From: Escherichia coli
GTDB taxonomy: Bacteria; Pseudomonadota; Gammaproteobacteria; Enterobacterales; Enterobacteriaceae
Direction: 5' to 3' (one strand)
NCBI RefSeq assembly: GCF_044324785.1
Contig: NZ_CP172127.1
Length of the DNA: 64,000 bases
The first letter of the stretch is position 1. Every line of letters starts with the position of its first letter. Shown here piece by piece: positions 22,012 through 32,531 of this stretch. The position numbers and the translations under genes were made by a program. Below the pieces are notes generated by a model. The model was not told the origin of the DNA and made no database searches. It saw only the letters and a program-made list of their open reading frames with translations.

Positions 22012-22410
22012 TCAATATCCTAACGCTGGTCTTTTGCCTGTATTAACTGATTTAGCTGGTTTGCTACATATTAATGCCTTCAGATTTTCCCTTTCCTTGT
22101 CTGTGATACTGTCGCAAACCCTACTAGCCCATTCTACTTCACTCTTCTCCAGGCATTCTATTTTCTTATTGCTCATTGTTCTAATGTTTGGTGTTGCATC
22201 TCCATTTAATAACATCCATGTTTCATTTTTCTTCATAAAACATCTTCCATTATGTTCAAAGATATTAGGTGTGAATATATTATCAGAATCCCATGTTACG
22301 ACTTGCTCGAGGGCTATATTATCTTGATAGTCCATGCCAGCATTATAATAATCACAAGATATAATTATCATGGAAATAATTATCACTAATATCTTCCCAA
22401 GCATTTCCAT
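22012..22410 (-). CDS. Candidate Rhs immunity protein (RhsI-like), unknown family
   Basis: 132-aa ORF whose ATG abuts the Rhs stop (TAA-ATG); AT-rich; hydrophobic N-terminus MEMLGKILVIIISMIIISC (possible lipoprotein or signal-anchor). Confidence 0.6.
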   Translation of the reverse strand: MEMLGKILVIIISMIIISCDYYNAGMDYQDNIALEQVVTWDSDNIFTPNIFEHNGRCFMKKNETWMLLNGDATPNIRTMSNKKIECLEKSEVEWASRVCDSITDKERENLKALICSKPAKSVNTGKRPALGY

Positions 22411-25400
22411 TTACTTTACCTCTTGAAATTCAAATGGGAATCCAGTGAAAGGACCTTTAGGCATAATATATCTTTGATATCCATAAAGCTCACCGAGCAC
22501 TTGTAGGCTTATAGGCGCATTTGTATTCATAGAGGGGTTGTTAAACCCGCACGCCTCAAAAATCATGTTCGTTCGGCTAAAACAATTATTTAAAACAGGA
22601 AGAGGCCCGAGGTTAATAGTTTTTAGTTTTTTATTAAGGTCTATTGCCTTATTCATCATACATTGTTCTTCTTCATCTGTTGTATCTATTATCCAAATCC
22701 AGGTATCTCTGCGGGGTTGCATCTTTTTAAAATAATCAGAGACAGAGGCTCCCATCTCATCCCCAGTTCCCGAACTCATTAATCCATATCGATTTGCCGC
22801 CGCAGCATGCCCAAAAGGATTATCAGGAACGGGGCCGTTACCTATTATCATAGTACTAAGCCCTAATGGATCAACGTGTTGCACTGGATTCAGCGGATAT
22901 TGGTACAGATTCCATCCCCCCTTCAGCCCAATCGGGTCCTGGATGATATACCGCCCCTGCAACGGATCGTAGTACCGGTGACGGTTATAATACAGCCCCG
23001 ACTCCTCATCGTGTTGCTGCCCTGGCAGACGGTACGGCTGGTGCAGGTGATGCGGTTTTTCCTCATTCAGCAGGTTTCCCCACTCATCATACTCCCCGCT
23101 CCACGCCGTATTGCCGTCTTCGCTGATGAGCGCCAGCGGCAGGCCCCGGTGGTCGCAGTGGTAAAGATGAACTTTTCGCGCCGGTGTGTATTCCGGCTCC
23201 ACCTGTCTGGCCAGTTGCTCTACCGTCAGCCCGCACTGCGCAAGCCACGCCCGGCTTTCACTGCTCACGCGGTCTGCCCGGATTTCCCCCTCCAGCCTGT
23301 CCAGCATCCTCACAAGTTCTGCCGGGAACACCACACCGTGTCCGTTCTCGCTCCCTTCCTGCTGGAGCTTCTCCGCCAGGCTCCGCCGCTGCGTTTTCTC
23401 CCGCTCGCCGTTGTCTGTTTCGATGCGGATGAGTGGTGTGAAGCTTCCCGGCTCGTATACCGTCTGGATACGTGTGCTGTCGGTCTGCACCGTCGTCAGG
23501 TGGTCGCCGTCCCAGCCGTACCACGTCACCTCCGGTTTACGCGACAGCGACATCCACCCCGTCAGGTCACGTACCCGCCGCCACACCCGTTTACCCGTCC
23601 GGCGGCCCAGCGGGTCGTAGAGGTAGCGGCTCTCCACCTGCGGCTCGCCATGCTGTATCCGCGTGTAGAACACCAGGCGGTGCTGGCTGTCGTAGTGGTA
23701 GTGGTGGGTCCGCTCGTCGTCCGTCCGTATCACACCCGCCGGGATGCGGTCCGTCTTCTCCGTCAGCCTGCCGTATTCATCGTGGCGGTAGACATAGTGC
23801 GCATCCTCCGCGATGCGGTTATCCGGCCACACTGTGAGTGTACTGTCCGGGTGCAGCTCCGGGTCCGGCAGCCGGTTGCCCGCCGGGTCCGTGGCATACG
23901 GGATGCGGATGTCCAGGTCCGGTGCGAGGGTGCGCACACTCTCCAGCCTGCCCGTGGCGCTGTAGCCGTATTCCCGCGTCTGTCGCGGGCCGCTGATGCG
24001 CACCAGGTCGCCGTTGTCATTCCACCCGTAGTCACGGTCATACACCAGGCTGTTCAGGTGCTGGCTCTGTAACTGGCCTGCGGGGGTGTATGTGCTGGTC
24101 AGTTCGTATGCGGCATTACTGCCTGCCATGCTGCCGAAGCTGCGCACCGTCTCCCGGTGCAGCCTGTCCCGCGTATACTCGACCCGCGGCGTCCCGCCCA
24201 GCTTCATGCCCGCCAGGTAACCGCTGCCATACGTCAGCCACTCCACCGGCGGCAGGCTGTCCGGCGTGATGCGGTTTGCCAGCCCCTGCTCGTTGTATGC
24301 GTGTTTCGTCTCATGCTGCCACAGCAGTTCCCCCGTCTCCGGGTTCTCCACCGTCTGGCGTTCGCCGGTCAGGCGGCCTTTATCGTCATAGCCGTAGTGG
24401 ACCGCCACACGGTGGCCTTCACTGATATGGCTGAGGGTGGTTAACCACCCGTGCTCATCATACTGCCACTGCTCTGCCGGGTCGCCGTTCACCGTCCGGT
24501 GCGTGATGCGGTCTGCTTCATCGTAGTACCAGAGGATGACAAGCCCCTCATCTTCACTCTGCGTGAGTTTTCCGGTCAGGTCATAATGATAACGTTGCGT
24601 CCGCCCGTCAAAGCCGCGCTGCTGTACCAGGCGGTCCAGCGCATCGTAGCTGAAGTCGCTGTGACTGCCGTTCTCGTTGGTCAGGCTGATGACACGTCCG
24701 GCAGCATCGTACTCCATACTGCGCGTCAGCCCGCCCTGCGTGGTGCTGACCGCCTTTCCCCACGCATCGTACTGTGTCTCGCTCCGGTTGCCGTCCGGGG
24801 TGATAACGGCAGTCAGGTCGCCTGCGGCGTTGTACTCATACTGCGTTTCACGGCCCTGTGCGTCTTTCACCGAGGTTAACCGGCCACGGTTGTCATAGCG
24901 GCGGTAACGGCTGATACCTTCCTCACGGTGGACCGCCGTCATCTGACCAAAGCGGTCGTATTCATAACGGGTCTGGTAGCCCGAGCAGTCGGTGAACGCC
25001 AGCAACTGCCCGTAGCGGCTCCAGGTCATCTGCCGGGTGCTGCCCGTCGCATCCGTTGTCGTCGCCGGTAATTCACTGTGCGGATTATCATAAGCATACC
25101 GGATGACGTCCCCACTGCGCGATGTCTCCGTTACCAGCCTGCCCGGTTCATCATATGCCCGGCGGCTCTCCAGCCCGTCCGGGGACACCACTGCCGTCAC
25201 CTGGTTCCCGTCGTTATAGTAAAATTTCGTCTCCCGCCCGTCCGGTGTGGTGATGTCCGTGATATCGCCTGACACCACATTCAGACCGTACTCTGTCCGC
25301 CGTCCCGCCGCGTCCGTCTGCGCCGTAAGCCTTCCTGCCGCGTCATACCCGCTGCGCGTGACGCTGCCGTCCGCCAGTTCTTTTTTCACCACCCGTTTCA

Positions 25401-26640
25401 GCCCGCCTTCACCTTCTGTATGCAGCACCTCACGCCGGTTCAGGCTGTCCGTGACGGTGATGCGGTCCTGCTCATACTGGTAGCGGTAACTCAGGCCTGC
25501 CGGGTTCAGCTGCTCCACCACCCGCCCCGCATCGTCGTAGCGGTAGCGCATCTCCGGCCTTCCCGCGTAACGGTGCGCCACCATCCGGCCCGGGTGCTGC
25601 GCGTCATACGTGAAAGCGCGCACCTGCGTATTGCTGCGGTCATATACCGCCAGCAGTTCACCGGCTTCCGTATACGTGTACCGCGCCAGTGGCGCACCGG
25701 GCAGATTCTCCGGGTATGCCGGGTCGTACATCAGCCACACCGCTGAAAGACGGATACCCCTGTCGGGGCCGTATTCCGTACCGGGCAGTGTGTCGGGGAA
25801 AGCTGAGTCTGAAAGAGGGCGGGGGGTGTCAGGGGAAAATAAGGAAGCGGTGTGCTGTTTACGGGCCTCTTCCGCCCGCTGCGCCTGCGTGGTCAGCACC
25901 AGACGGAACTGCCGCCCGGCACCGTCCGTCACGCCGGTGATTTCCCCGGCCAGGTCACCGGCGGCCTCACGCCGGTACGCCAGCGTCCGCCCGAAGCGGT
26001 CTGCCAGCCCGGTAAGCACCCGGTACGGCGGCAGCGGCGCTGGCAGTACGTCCTCAGCACCCGGCACCCGCTCTGACCACCCCAGTATCCACCACGGCCC
26101 CTGTGCGCTGTTGGTCGCCAGGTAAAGATGCGGGCTTAACCGGATATCCGGCGGCAGCGCCCCCCACAGCCGTGCCAGCGTGTGGCCGTCCGGCTGCGCT
26201 GCCTTACCACCGCGCACCAGCCACATTGACTCGCTGCGGCTGTACACCGCCTCACCCGGCAGCAGCGGCTCAAAGTGAATGCTCCGCCCGCCGTTGTCGT
26301 TGAGTATCAGTCCGTCATCACGTAGCTGTAAGCGGATATCAGAAGGCGCTTTCCAGCCGGGGCCGAAAACGCCCACCGGCGCAGGCGTCTTCGTCCGGTA
26401 GCTGCTGTAGGTGCGGGAGAGAATGAACGGCAGCGGGCCGGGCAGCGCAAGGTCCGTCTCGCCGGGCAGCACCTTCGCCCCCAGCAGCGGATTTACCGGG
26501 TTGCCCGAAGTCATCCCGCCCGGACACACCGAGCACGCCACGCCGGTGGGCGCGCCAATTCTTACACCTGCCGAACCCTGGACAATGGGACCGCCATACT
26601 GAGTCATATCTCCCTGACGCGCCGCTGGTTTTCCGCTCAT
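22411..26640 (-). CDS. PAAR-domain Rhs polymorphic toxin (T6SS effector) with AT-rich C-terminal tip of unknown family
   Basis: 1409-aa ORF. N-terminus [31 protein letters not shown] (PAAR-like); long YD-repeat core; the Rhs core ends at DPLGL and is followed by about 150 aa ([25 protein letters not shown]...EFQEVK) encoded by conspicuously AT-rich DNA. Confidence 0.88.
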   Translation of the reverse strand: MSGKPAARQGDMTQYGGPIVQGSAGVRIGAPTGVACSVCPGGMTSGNPVNPLLGAKVLPGETDLALPGPLPFILSRTYSSYRTKTPAPVGVFGPGWKAPSDIRLQLRDDGLILNDNGGRSIHFEPLLPGEAVYSRSESMWLVRGGKAAQPDGHTLARLWGALPPDIRLSPHLYLATNSAQGPWWILGWSERVPGAEDVLPAPLPPYRVLTGLADRFGRTLAYRREAAGDLAGEITGVTDGAGRQFRLVLTTQAQRAEEARKQHTASLFSPDTPRPLSDSAFPDTLPGTEYGPDRGIRLSAVWLMYDPAYPENLPGAPLARYTYTEAGELLAVYDRSNTQVRAFTYDAQHPGRMVAHRYAGRPEMRYRYDDAGRVVEQLNPAGLSYRYQYEQDRITVTDSLNRREVLHTEGEGGLKRVVKKELADGSVTRSGYDAAGRLTAQTDAAGRRTEYGLNVVSGDITDITTPDGRETKFYYNDGNQVTAVVSPDGLESRRAYDEPGRLVTETSRSGDVIRYAYDNPHSELPATTTDATGSTRQMTWSRYGQLLAFTDCSGYQTRYEYDRFGQMTAVHREEGISRYRRYDNRGRLTSVKDAQGRETQYEYNAAGDLTAVITPDGNRSETQYDAWGKAVSTTQGGLTRSMEYDAAGRVISLTNENGSHSDFSYDALDRLVQQRGFDGRTQRYHYDLTGKLTQSEDEGLVILWYYDEADRITHRTVNGDPAEQWQYDEHGWLTTLSHISEGHRVAVHYGYDDKGRLTGERQTVENPETGELLWQHETKHAYNEQGLANRITPDSLPPVEWLTYGSGYLAGMKLGGTPRVEYTRDRLHRETVRSFGSMAGSNAAYELTSTYTPAGQLQSQHLNSLVYDRDYGWNDNGDLVRISGPRQTREYGYSATGRLESVRTLAPDLDIRIPYATDPAGNRLPDPELHPDSTLTVWPDNRIAEDAHYVYRHDEYGRLTEKTDRIPAGVIRTDDERTHHYHYDSQHRLVFYTRIQHGEPQVESRYLYDPLGRRTGKRVWRRVRDLTGWMSLSRKPEVTWYGWDGDHLTTVQTDSTRIQTVYEPGSFTPLIRIETDNGEREKTQRRSLAEKLQQEGSENGHGVVFPAELVRMLDRLEGEIRADRVSSESRAWLAQCGLTVEQLARQVEPEYTPARKVHLYHCDHRGLPLALISEDGNTAWSGEYDEWGNLLNEEKPHHLHQPYRLPGQQHDEESGLYYNRHRYYDPLQGRYIIQDPIGLKGGWNLYQYPLNPVQHVDPLGLSTMIIGNGPVPDNPFGHAAAANRYGLMSSGTGDEMGASVSDYFKKMQPRRDTWIWIIDTTDEEEQCMMNKAIDLNKKLKTINLGPLPVLNNCFSRTNMIFEACGFNNPSMNTNAPISLQVLGELYGYQRYIMPKGPFTGFPFEFQEVK

Positions 26641-26706
26641 GATTCAATTCCTTCTTCTGTTTATTTTTAATGCTTGTTTGTTACTGAATACCGAACAGGT
26701 ACGGGA

Positions 26707-28815
26707 TCAGTACTCTCTCATATCCGGCGTATCCTGCTTTTCATCAGGGGTCTTCGGTGGGGATTTCGAGGCTGCACAGTTCCAGTTAATCAACAGTGAG
26801 TCACCATTAACCTGCTCCTTACCCTGCAAATGAATTTTTGTGCCGTTGAGAAAAATTTGTCCGTCCTTAGTCAGCACCAGCCTTGCCTTACCACAGCAGA
26901 GTTCCAGATGCTCACCGGCGGAGTAAATCGCGGTCTGCCCGGTATCATCCTTTTTCGTTTTACCAACGGTGAAGGTAACGTTATTTCCGACTTTGACGTC
27001 ATAACCCAGCCCGACCCTCAACGATTTATGCAAACCGATCTGCGAGGACTGCATCAGGGCCACCGAGGTGTTCATAATGCCACCTACCGTCGTCTGATAC
27101 GCCACGCCCACAGTCAGCGCACGCACAAGTCCAATCGTTTCCACCTGAACAGAGCCCACTTTAATGATCTGGTTACTGCCCACCGTCTCTATCTGGTTAA
27201 CACCCACCGTCTGTATCTGATTGTTGGTAACCGCAATCATCTGATTGTTGCCAATGGTCTCAGCATGGTTGTTTATCACATCCGTGGTGCGGTTATTCAG
27301 CACCTCGGTGTTCATATTCTTCTGCGCGTGGATGTAGACCTGTTCTTTCCCTGTCGCATCGTCAAACTTCAGTTCATTAAACCCGCTGCCCTTATAGGTT
27401 TTCGAACGAATGGTCATCTGCGTCTTTGTTCCCGGCAGGCTGCCGGGGGTGCGGTTTTCCTGGTGGTAGGTACGCCCCATAATAATCGGCTGGTCCGGAT
27501 CGCCGTTGAGGAAGTCCACAATGACTTCCTGACCCACACGCGGTATCGCCAGGTTGCCAAAGCCGGTGCCTGCCCACGCCTGTGCCACACGGATCCAGCA
27601 TGAACTGTCCTGGTTTGACGGGTTATAGCGGTCCCAGTTAAATTTCACCCGCACGCGGCCATGTTCATCACAGAAGATTTCTTCTCCTGCCGGTCCCGTC
27701 ACGACGGCGCTCTGCGGGCCGTCCACCAGCGGTTTCAGCAACGGCTGTGGCCGCCATGTCCGGTCTGCCGGTATTACCGCAAAGTGGTTATTCAGCGTGG
27801 TACCTGAACCCCTGCGTCCCGGCACCGCCTGCGGCTGCTCGCCGTGCAGTTCACTTGCCACCACCTGCCATTCCCGGTTCAGGCTCGCCTGCGGATGCCC
27901 CGTCAGCGCAATTCGCCGTCCCGGCCATATCTCCGGCGAACGGCTTGTTCCGCGCGCCACTTCTGCGTTGTTTCGCCAGCCATCCATCTGCCAGCAGGCA
28001 AAGTTCTGCCCGTGGGCACCCTTGAAACGTCCGGGGTAGTCATACACTTCATACTGTGTGCGCTGGTAATCCTGGTGCTGGCCTTCCTGATCAAAACGCC
28101 CTGCCCAGCCGGGTCGTTTAAAGGTGTAGTCTTTGGTCACCACGGAAGATGGGCGGATTTGTGCGCTGTAGCGGAACTGGCTGATGCAGAGGGTGCTCAC
28201 CTCGGTACGGGTGTTCGGATTCCAGGGGATCTCAAAGGACTCCGGCAGATAACGCACGGTGTCGCACAGGACCAGGCTCTGGTCGGTACTTTTTTGCGCG
28301 TGCTCCTCATAAAAGAAGATGCCTTCCTCCGCCGCCATCCGGCACAGGAAATCGTAATCAGTTTCGCCGTACTGGACACAAAACTCACGGGAAGGATGCG
28401 GCTCGCTGAACAGCGGACTCCACTCGGTCACCCCGTTTTCTTTCAGGATCGTCGCGAGGATGCTTTCGATGTCCTCATTCTGGAAGATACGGAAGTTCTG
28501 GCGCAGCCCTGTGCGCCACAGCGGTGGGCACACCTTCATGCTGTACAGCATCTGGTTTTTGTCGTTCTCCCCCAGTTCAAACCAGGTCACCACACCTTTC
28601 ACCCGGCGCTGTACGTCATCGCCCTGCCATACCGTCAGGTAGGCCATTTTGTCCAGCACCTGCGCAAATTCAAGGGAGAGAAACTGCTGGCTGACCAGAG
28701 AGAGATCGAGGGAAAAGAGCGAAGAGAGTGACTGGTTCAGATGAAAGGAGACCACCGCAAACGTGTCCGGTGGCAGGCCGTCCACTTCCAGCGTGAAACG
28801 TAATCCGGTTGACAT
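26707..28815 (-). CDS. vgrG: T6SS spike protein VgrG (TssI)
   Basis: 702-aa ORF MSTGLRFTLEVDGLPPDTFAVVSFHLNQSLSSLFSLDLSLVS... with gp27/gp5-like regions and a C-terminal repetitive beta segment. Confidence 0.9.
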   Translation of the reverse strand: MSTGLRFTLEVDGLPPDTFAVVSFHLNQSLSSLFSLDLSLVSQQFLSLEFAQVLDKMAYLTVWQGDDVQRRVKGVVTWFELGENDKNQMLYSMKVCPPLWRTGLRQNFRIFQNEDIESILATILKENGVTEWSPLFSEPHPSREFCVQYGETDYDFLCRMAAEEGIFFYEEHAQKSTDQSLVLCDTVRYLPESFEIPWNPNTRTEVSTLCISQFRYSAQIRPSSVVTKDYTFKRPGWAGRFDQEGQHQDYQRTQYEVYDYPGRFKGAHGQNFACWQMDGWRNNAEVARGTSRSPEIWPGRRIALTGHPQASLNREWQVVASELHGEQPQAVPGRRGSGTTLNNHFAVIPADRTWRPQPLLKPLVDGPQSAVVTGPAGEEIFCDEHGRVRVKFNWDRYNPSNQDSSCWIRVAQAWAGTGFGNLAIPRVGQEVIVDFLNGDPDQPIIMGRTYHQENRTPGSLPGTKTQMTIRSKTYKGSGFNELKFDDATGKEQVYIHAQKNMNTEVLNNRTTDVINNHAETIGNNQMIAVTNNQIQTVGVNQIETVGSNQIIKVGSVQVETIGLVRALTVGVAYQTTVGGIMNTSVALMQSSQIGLHKSLRVGLGYDVKVGNNVTFTVGKTKKDDTGQTAIYSAGEHLELCCGKARLVLTKDGQIFLNGTKIHLQGKEQVNGDSLLINWNCAASKSPPKTPDEKQDTPDMREY

Positions 28816-28977
28816 AGCAACCTCCGGGTTTAAGGAAAAACAGACAGTTCGCTGTTAAAGCGGCTGTGACAGTACAGTGTTACGCTTGCGTTCAGGCACG
28901 CTACCGCCGAAGTTTCCGGCATCCGCCATCTCCCGTGAACGTACCCCCTTACTGACAACCTTTCTTTTTACGGCGTA

Positions 28978-29014
28978 ATACAAAAACAGCATCCGGCCTG
29001 ATAGCCGGATGCTG
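28978..29014 (-). terminator. Rho-independent terminator/attenuator between hcp and vgrG
   Basis: Perfect inverted repeat cagcatccggc-ctgata-gccggatgctg immediately downstream of the hcp stop; on the minus strand it is followed by TTTTTTG. Confidence 0.5.
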
Positions 29015-29024
29015 TTGGCTTAAC

Positions 29025-29543
29025 TTATGCTTCCAGCGGTGCGCGCCAGTCGTCGGCACCAGAGGTGCCAGACTTGACGTGTTCCCACTCTATTTTGCGG
29101 TAGGCCAGTGAAACTTCGAGCAACTGGGTGAACTCGCGTTTCGCCGGATCCTGGCAATGCGGCATATGCAGTTTCATATCGACAATCGTCGAATCGGTCA
29201 GGCGGGTGGTGAAATAATGCTCCTGTTTGCCTTCCACAGAGGTACGCCACCAGTGAAGTTCAGTGGTTGGCAGCATTTCGCCGGAGGCCAGTGCGTTGTA
29301 CATCAGCGGAACAGCTTTGTTCAGCGCCACGGTAAAAATGAACGGCTTGTGAGCACGCTGACCCGCAGGCTGGCCGGACTGAGGATCTGTCGGGACAGTA
29401 ACGTTATGCAGGAATTCCTGCACCAGCATCTCGTCTTCGTGCCCCTGCACATAGATGTTGCCGACAGAATCAGCGGTAAATGCACCTGCAGTAATATTTC
29501 CCTGGGTCTGACCAGTGATGGAGATATAACACGGTGTTGGCAT
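29025..29543 (-). CDS. hcp: T6SS tube protein Hcp (TssD)
   Basis: 172-aa ORF MPTPCYISITGQTQGNITAGAFTADSVGNIYVQGHEDEMLVQEF..., Hcp1 family. Confidence 0.9.
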   Translation of the reverse strand: MPTPCYISITGQTQGNITAGAFTADSVGNIYVQGHEDEMLVQEFLHNVTVPTDPQSGQPAGQRAHKPFIFTVALNKAVPLMYNALASGEMLPTTELHWWRTSVEGKQEHYFTTRLTDSTIVDMKLHMPHCQDPAKREFTQLLEVSLAYRKIEWEHVKSGTSGADDWRAPLEA

Positions 29544-30239
29544 TTGTAAACTCCTTGTTAACGTGGTTAATTACTACTTACAATGACCTGCCGTTAATCC
29601 CAGACAGGCAGATGCAGCTCACTTCACGGAACCGCATCATTTTTCAGTATTTTTTACATACAAACCGAGCTAGAATTTACGGTTGTCGTAAAAACTATTT
29701 TTAAAATCATTAAATCTCTTATTCAGCAATAACTTAATAATATATATCTGGATAACCATACCCAACTGTTCAAAGTCCGTATTGCCTCCATAAAATGGCC
29801 AAAACTGAATCATGAATAAATATTGTATTTATCCTTTATGAATTATCATTTTGATAATTTTTGAGATATTCCTTAAAAATACCCACTTAATCAATCACAA
29901 AACAAATATATAAACAAGCAATCATCAGATTAGCTTATGTTTAATGAAATTATTGTATAATTCAATAAGTTATATAAAAACTCTATATTTAAATTATTGC
30001 CATAATACACCTGACGCGAATTGCAAAGGTTCACACAATCTATTTAACGCTTGCAGAATACCCCTCTTTACGATCGATAAAAAGTCCTTTTCTTATTTAT
30101 TTTGAAGCGTAGAATGCGGGGTGATGAAGGAGTGGTGATTTTATTTTCACCGCCATTAGGGCGGCATTGCCGATATTTTTTTGCGGTACAAATATGCCGT
30201 GTTCATGGCCTGTACGAGATAACATGACGGATCACTTTT
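29544..30239. promoter_or_regulatory. AT-rich divergent control region between hcp (minus) and tssB (plus)
   Basis: About 700 bp non-coding and very AT-rich; contains a Fur-box-like motif aattatcattttgataatt (29841-29859) and a GATC site near 30072. Confidence 0.45.
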
Positions 30240-30740
30240 ATGAGCAAAAAATTTGAAGGCAGCGTCGCGCCTCGCGAGCGTATAAATATATCCTATGTCC
30301 CGAAGACAGACGGCCAGACGGCTGAAGTGGAGCTTCCGCTTAACATGCTCGTTGTCGGCGATACCGGAAATACGCAGGAGACATCCCCACTGGATGAACG
30401 TCAGGCAGTTTCCGTTAACAAGCACAATTTCGGTGCGGTGATGGCTGAAGCAGCCATTGGCCTCAATTTTACCGTCCCCGCCACGCTGAAGGGAAGCACA
30501 ACGGACGATGAACTGAATGTGGCGCTGAATATCAAATCACTGGATGATTTTTCACCAGATAGCGTGGCCCGGCAGGTTCCGGAAGTGAATAAATTGCTGG
30601 AACTGCGTGAAGCACTGACTGCACTGAAGGGGCCGATGGGTAACCTTCCGGCATTCCGTACCCAGCTCCAGGCATTGCTGGAAAATGAAGAGTCCCGCGA
30701 GCAGTTGCTCAAAGAAATCGGCCGGGTGAGCAATAAATAA
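30240..30740 (+). CDS. tssB: T6SS contractile sheath small subunit TssB (VipA/ImpB)
   Basis: 166-aa ORF MSKKFEGSVAPRERINISYVPKTDGQTAEVELPLNMLVVGD... Confidence 0.9.
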   Translation: MSKKFEGSVAPRERINISYVPKTDGQTAEVELPLNMLVVGDTGNTQETSPLDERQAVSVNKHNFGAVMAEAAIGLNFTVPATLKGSTTDDELNVALNIKSLDDFSPDSVARQVPEVNKLLELREALTALKGPMGNLPAFRTQLQALLENEESREQLLKEIGRVSNK

Positions 30741-30774
30741 CCACCACTATTTCATTAAACAGGGTTATCCAGGC

Positions 30775-30999
30775 ATGACGGCACACAAAAATATCTCCGG
30801 GACATACCACCTCTCTGTTGCAGACATTCTGCAGGTGGTTTACCAGGTATGTTTCAGCCCGTCCGTTGAAATCAACCAGGATGGTGTGGCTGCGCTGATT
30901 ACAACACTGGATCGCCGTATCAGTGATCTATTGGATGAGATTATCCATTTTTGTGAGTTTCAGCAGAGCGCGTCGCACTGGCAGCGCGTACTTCACTGA
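30775..30999 (+). CDS. Small ORF resembling the TssC N-terminal region (possible gene remnant or accessory mini-protein)
   Basis: 74-aa ORF; ...NQDGVAALITTLDRRISDLLDEIIHFCEFQQSASHWQRV aligns with TssC residues ...NKLAVDSMIADIDERISRQMDVIIHAPAFQQVESFWRSL from the adjacent tssC. Confidence 0.4.
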   Translation: MTAHKNISGTYHLSVADILQVVYQVCFSPSVEINQDGVAALITTLDRRISDLLDEIIHFCEFQQSASHWQRVLH

Positions 31000-31049
31000 T
31001 GGCGAAAAGCCGGTTTCAGACACACAGCTAAAACAGAAGGATTTTCAGT

Positions 31050-32525
31050 ATGTCTTTACAGGAAGAGGAACTCGTTTCCAGTCATGCCGGGCAGCCTGAG
31101 CAGGCATCGTCGCTGCTTGATCAAATCATGGCACAGACCCGTATTCAGCCCGGTTCGGAAGGTTATGACGTTGCCCGCCAGGGTGTGACAGCCTTTATTG
31201 CCAGCATCCTGCAATCCACTGCATCTGCCGAACCGGTCAATAAACTGGCCGTGGACAGCATGATTGCAGATATTGATGAACGCATCAGCCGCCAGATGGA
31301 TGTCATCATCCATGCGCCTGCCTTTCAGCAGGTCGAGTCGTTCTGGCGCTCACTGAAAACCATGGTGGATCGCGTTGATTTCCGTGAAAACATCAAGGTC
31401 AACGTGCTTCATGTCACCAAGCAGGAACTTCTGGAAGACTTTGAGTTTGCGCCAGAAATTATTCAGTCCGGATTTTATAAGCACGTTTATTCGTCCGGTT
31501 TCGGACAGTTTGGCGGTGAACCCATCGCTGCCGTGCTGGGCGCTTATGAGTTCAAAAATACCGCGCCTGACATGAAACTACTGCAATACGTCAGTGCCGT
31601 GGGCGCAATGGCGCACGCACCGTTCCTGTCCTCCGTTTCCCCGGAGTTTATGGGGCTGAACTCGTGGACCGAACTGCCTAATATCAAAGAGCTTTATGCC
31701 ATCTTTGAAGGTCCGGCCTACACCAAATGGCGCGCTCTGCGTGACTCGGAAGATTCGCGCTATTTAGGGCTTACGGCACCCCGCTTCCTGCTTCGCCAGC
31801 CTTATTCACCAACAGATAACCCTGTTAAGAACTTTAACTATCACGAAGATGTCAGCCGGAACCACGAAGATTATCTGTGGGGTAATACGGCCTGGATGCT
31901 GGCATGCAATATCGCAGACAGTTTTGCCAAATACCGTTGGTGTCCAAACATCATCGGCCCGCAAAGCGGCGGCGCAGTGAAAGATCTGCCGGTGCATCTG
32001 TTCGAAACGATGGGTCAGATTCAGGCCAAAATCCCAACCGAGGTGCTGGTCACCGATCGCCGCGAATTTGAACTGGCTGAAGAGGGTTTTATCACCCTTA
32101 CCATGCGTAAAGACTCTGATAATGCAGCCTTTTTCTCTGCAAACTCGGTACAAAAACCGAAGCACTTTCCGGGTAAAGACGCAGAAACCAACTATAAGTT
32201 GGGTACGCAGCTTCCTTATCTCTTCATCATTAATCGGTTAGCGCACTACATCAAGGTGTTGCAGCGTGAACAACTGGGGTCATGGAAAGAAAGGAGCGAC
32301 TTAGAGAGGGAGCTTAATACCTGGATCCGTCAGTATGTTGCCGACCAGGAAAACCCGCCTGCGGACGTGCGCAGCCGCAAGCCTCTGCGTGCTGCCAGAG
32401 TTGAGGTTATGGATGTGGAGGGCGAACCCGGCTGGTACCAGGTCGCGCTGAGCGTGCGGCCCCATTTTAAATTTATGGGGGCAAACTTTGAGCTTTCCCT
32501 GGTTGGCCGGTTAGACAGGGAGTAA
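31050..32525 (+). CDS. tssC: T6SS contractile sheath large subunit TssC (VipB/ImpC)
   Basis: 491-aa ORF with agaagga RBS; MSLQEEELVSSHAGQPEQASSLLDQIMAQTRIQPGSEGYDVARQG... Confidence 0.92.
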   Translation: MSLQEEELVSSHAGQPEQASSLLDQIMAQTRIQPGSEGYDVARQGVTAFIASILQSTASAEPVNKLAVDSMIADIDERISRQMDVIIHAPAFQQVESFWRSLKTMVDRVDFRENIKVNVLHVTKQELLEDFEFAPEIIQSGFYKHVYSSGFGQFGGEPIAAVLGAYEFKNTAPDMKLLQYVSAVGAMAHAPFLSSVSPEFMGLNSWTELPNIKELYAIFEGPAYTKWRALRDSEDSRYLGLTAPRFLLRQPYSPTDNPVKNFNYHEDVSRNHEDYLWGNTAWMLACNIADSFAKYRWCPNIIGPQSGGAVKDLPVHLFETMGQIQAKIPTEVLVTDRREFELAEEGFITLTMRKDSDNAAFFSANSVQKPKHFPGKDAETNYKLGTQLPYLFIINRLAHYIKVLQREQLGSWKERSDLERELNTWIRQYVADQENPPADVRSRKPLRAARVEVMDVEGEPGWYQVALSVRPHFKFMGANFELSLVGRLDRE

Positions 32526-32531
32526 CACGCC

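Noticed and set aside
22411-22450. Rhs N-terminus [10 protein letters not shown] considered as a prePAAR motif implying a missing Eag chaperone
   Set aside because: The motif deviates from the AARxxDxxxH pattern (Y in place of H) and I cannot verify TMD predictions by eye; recorded only as a note in the Rhs finding.
22876-24072. 398-aa plus-strand ORF (and several other 60-170-aa ORFs across 23184..26647)
   Set aside because: They lie antisense to or out of frame within the GC-rich Rhs gene; Arg/Pro/Ala-rich low-complexity translations typical of spurious ORFs in high-GC DNA; no start context or recognisable domain.
27844-28731. 295-aa plus-strand ORF
   Set aside because: Entirely antisense to vgrG, whose frame yields a recognisable VgrG protein; no independent signal.
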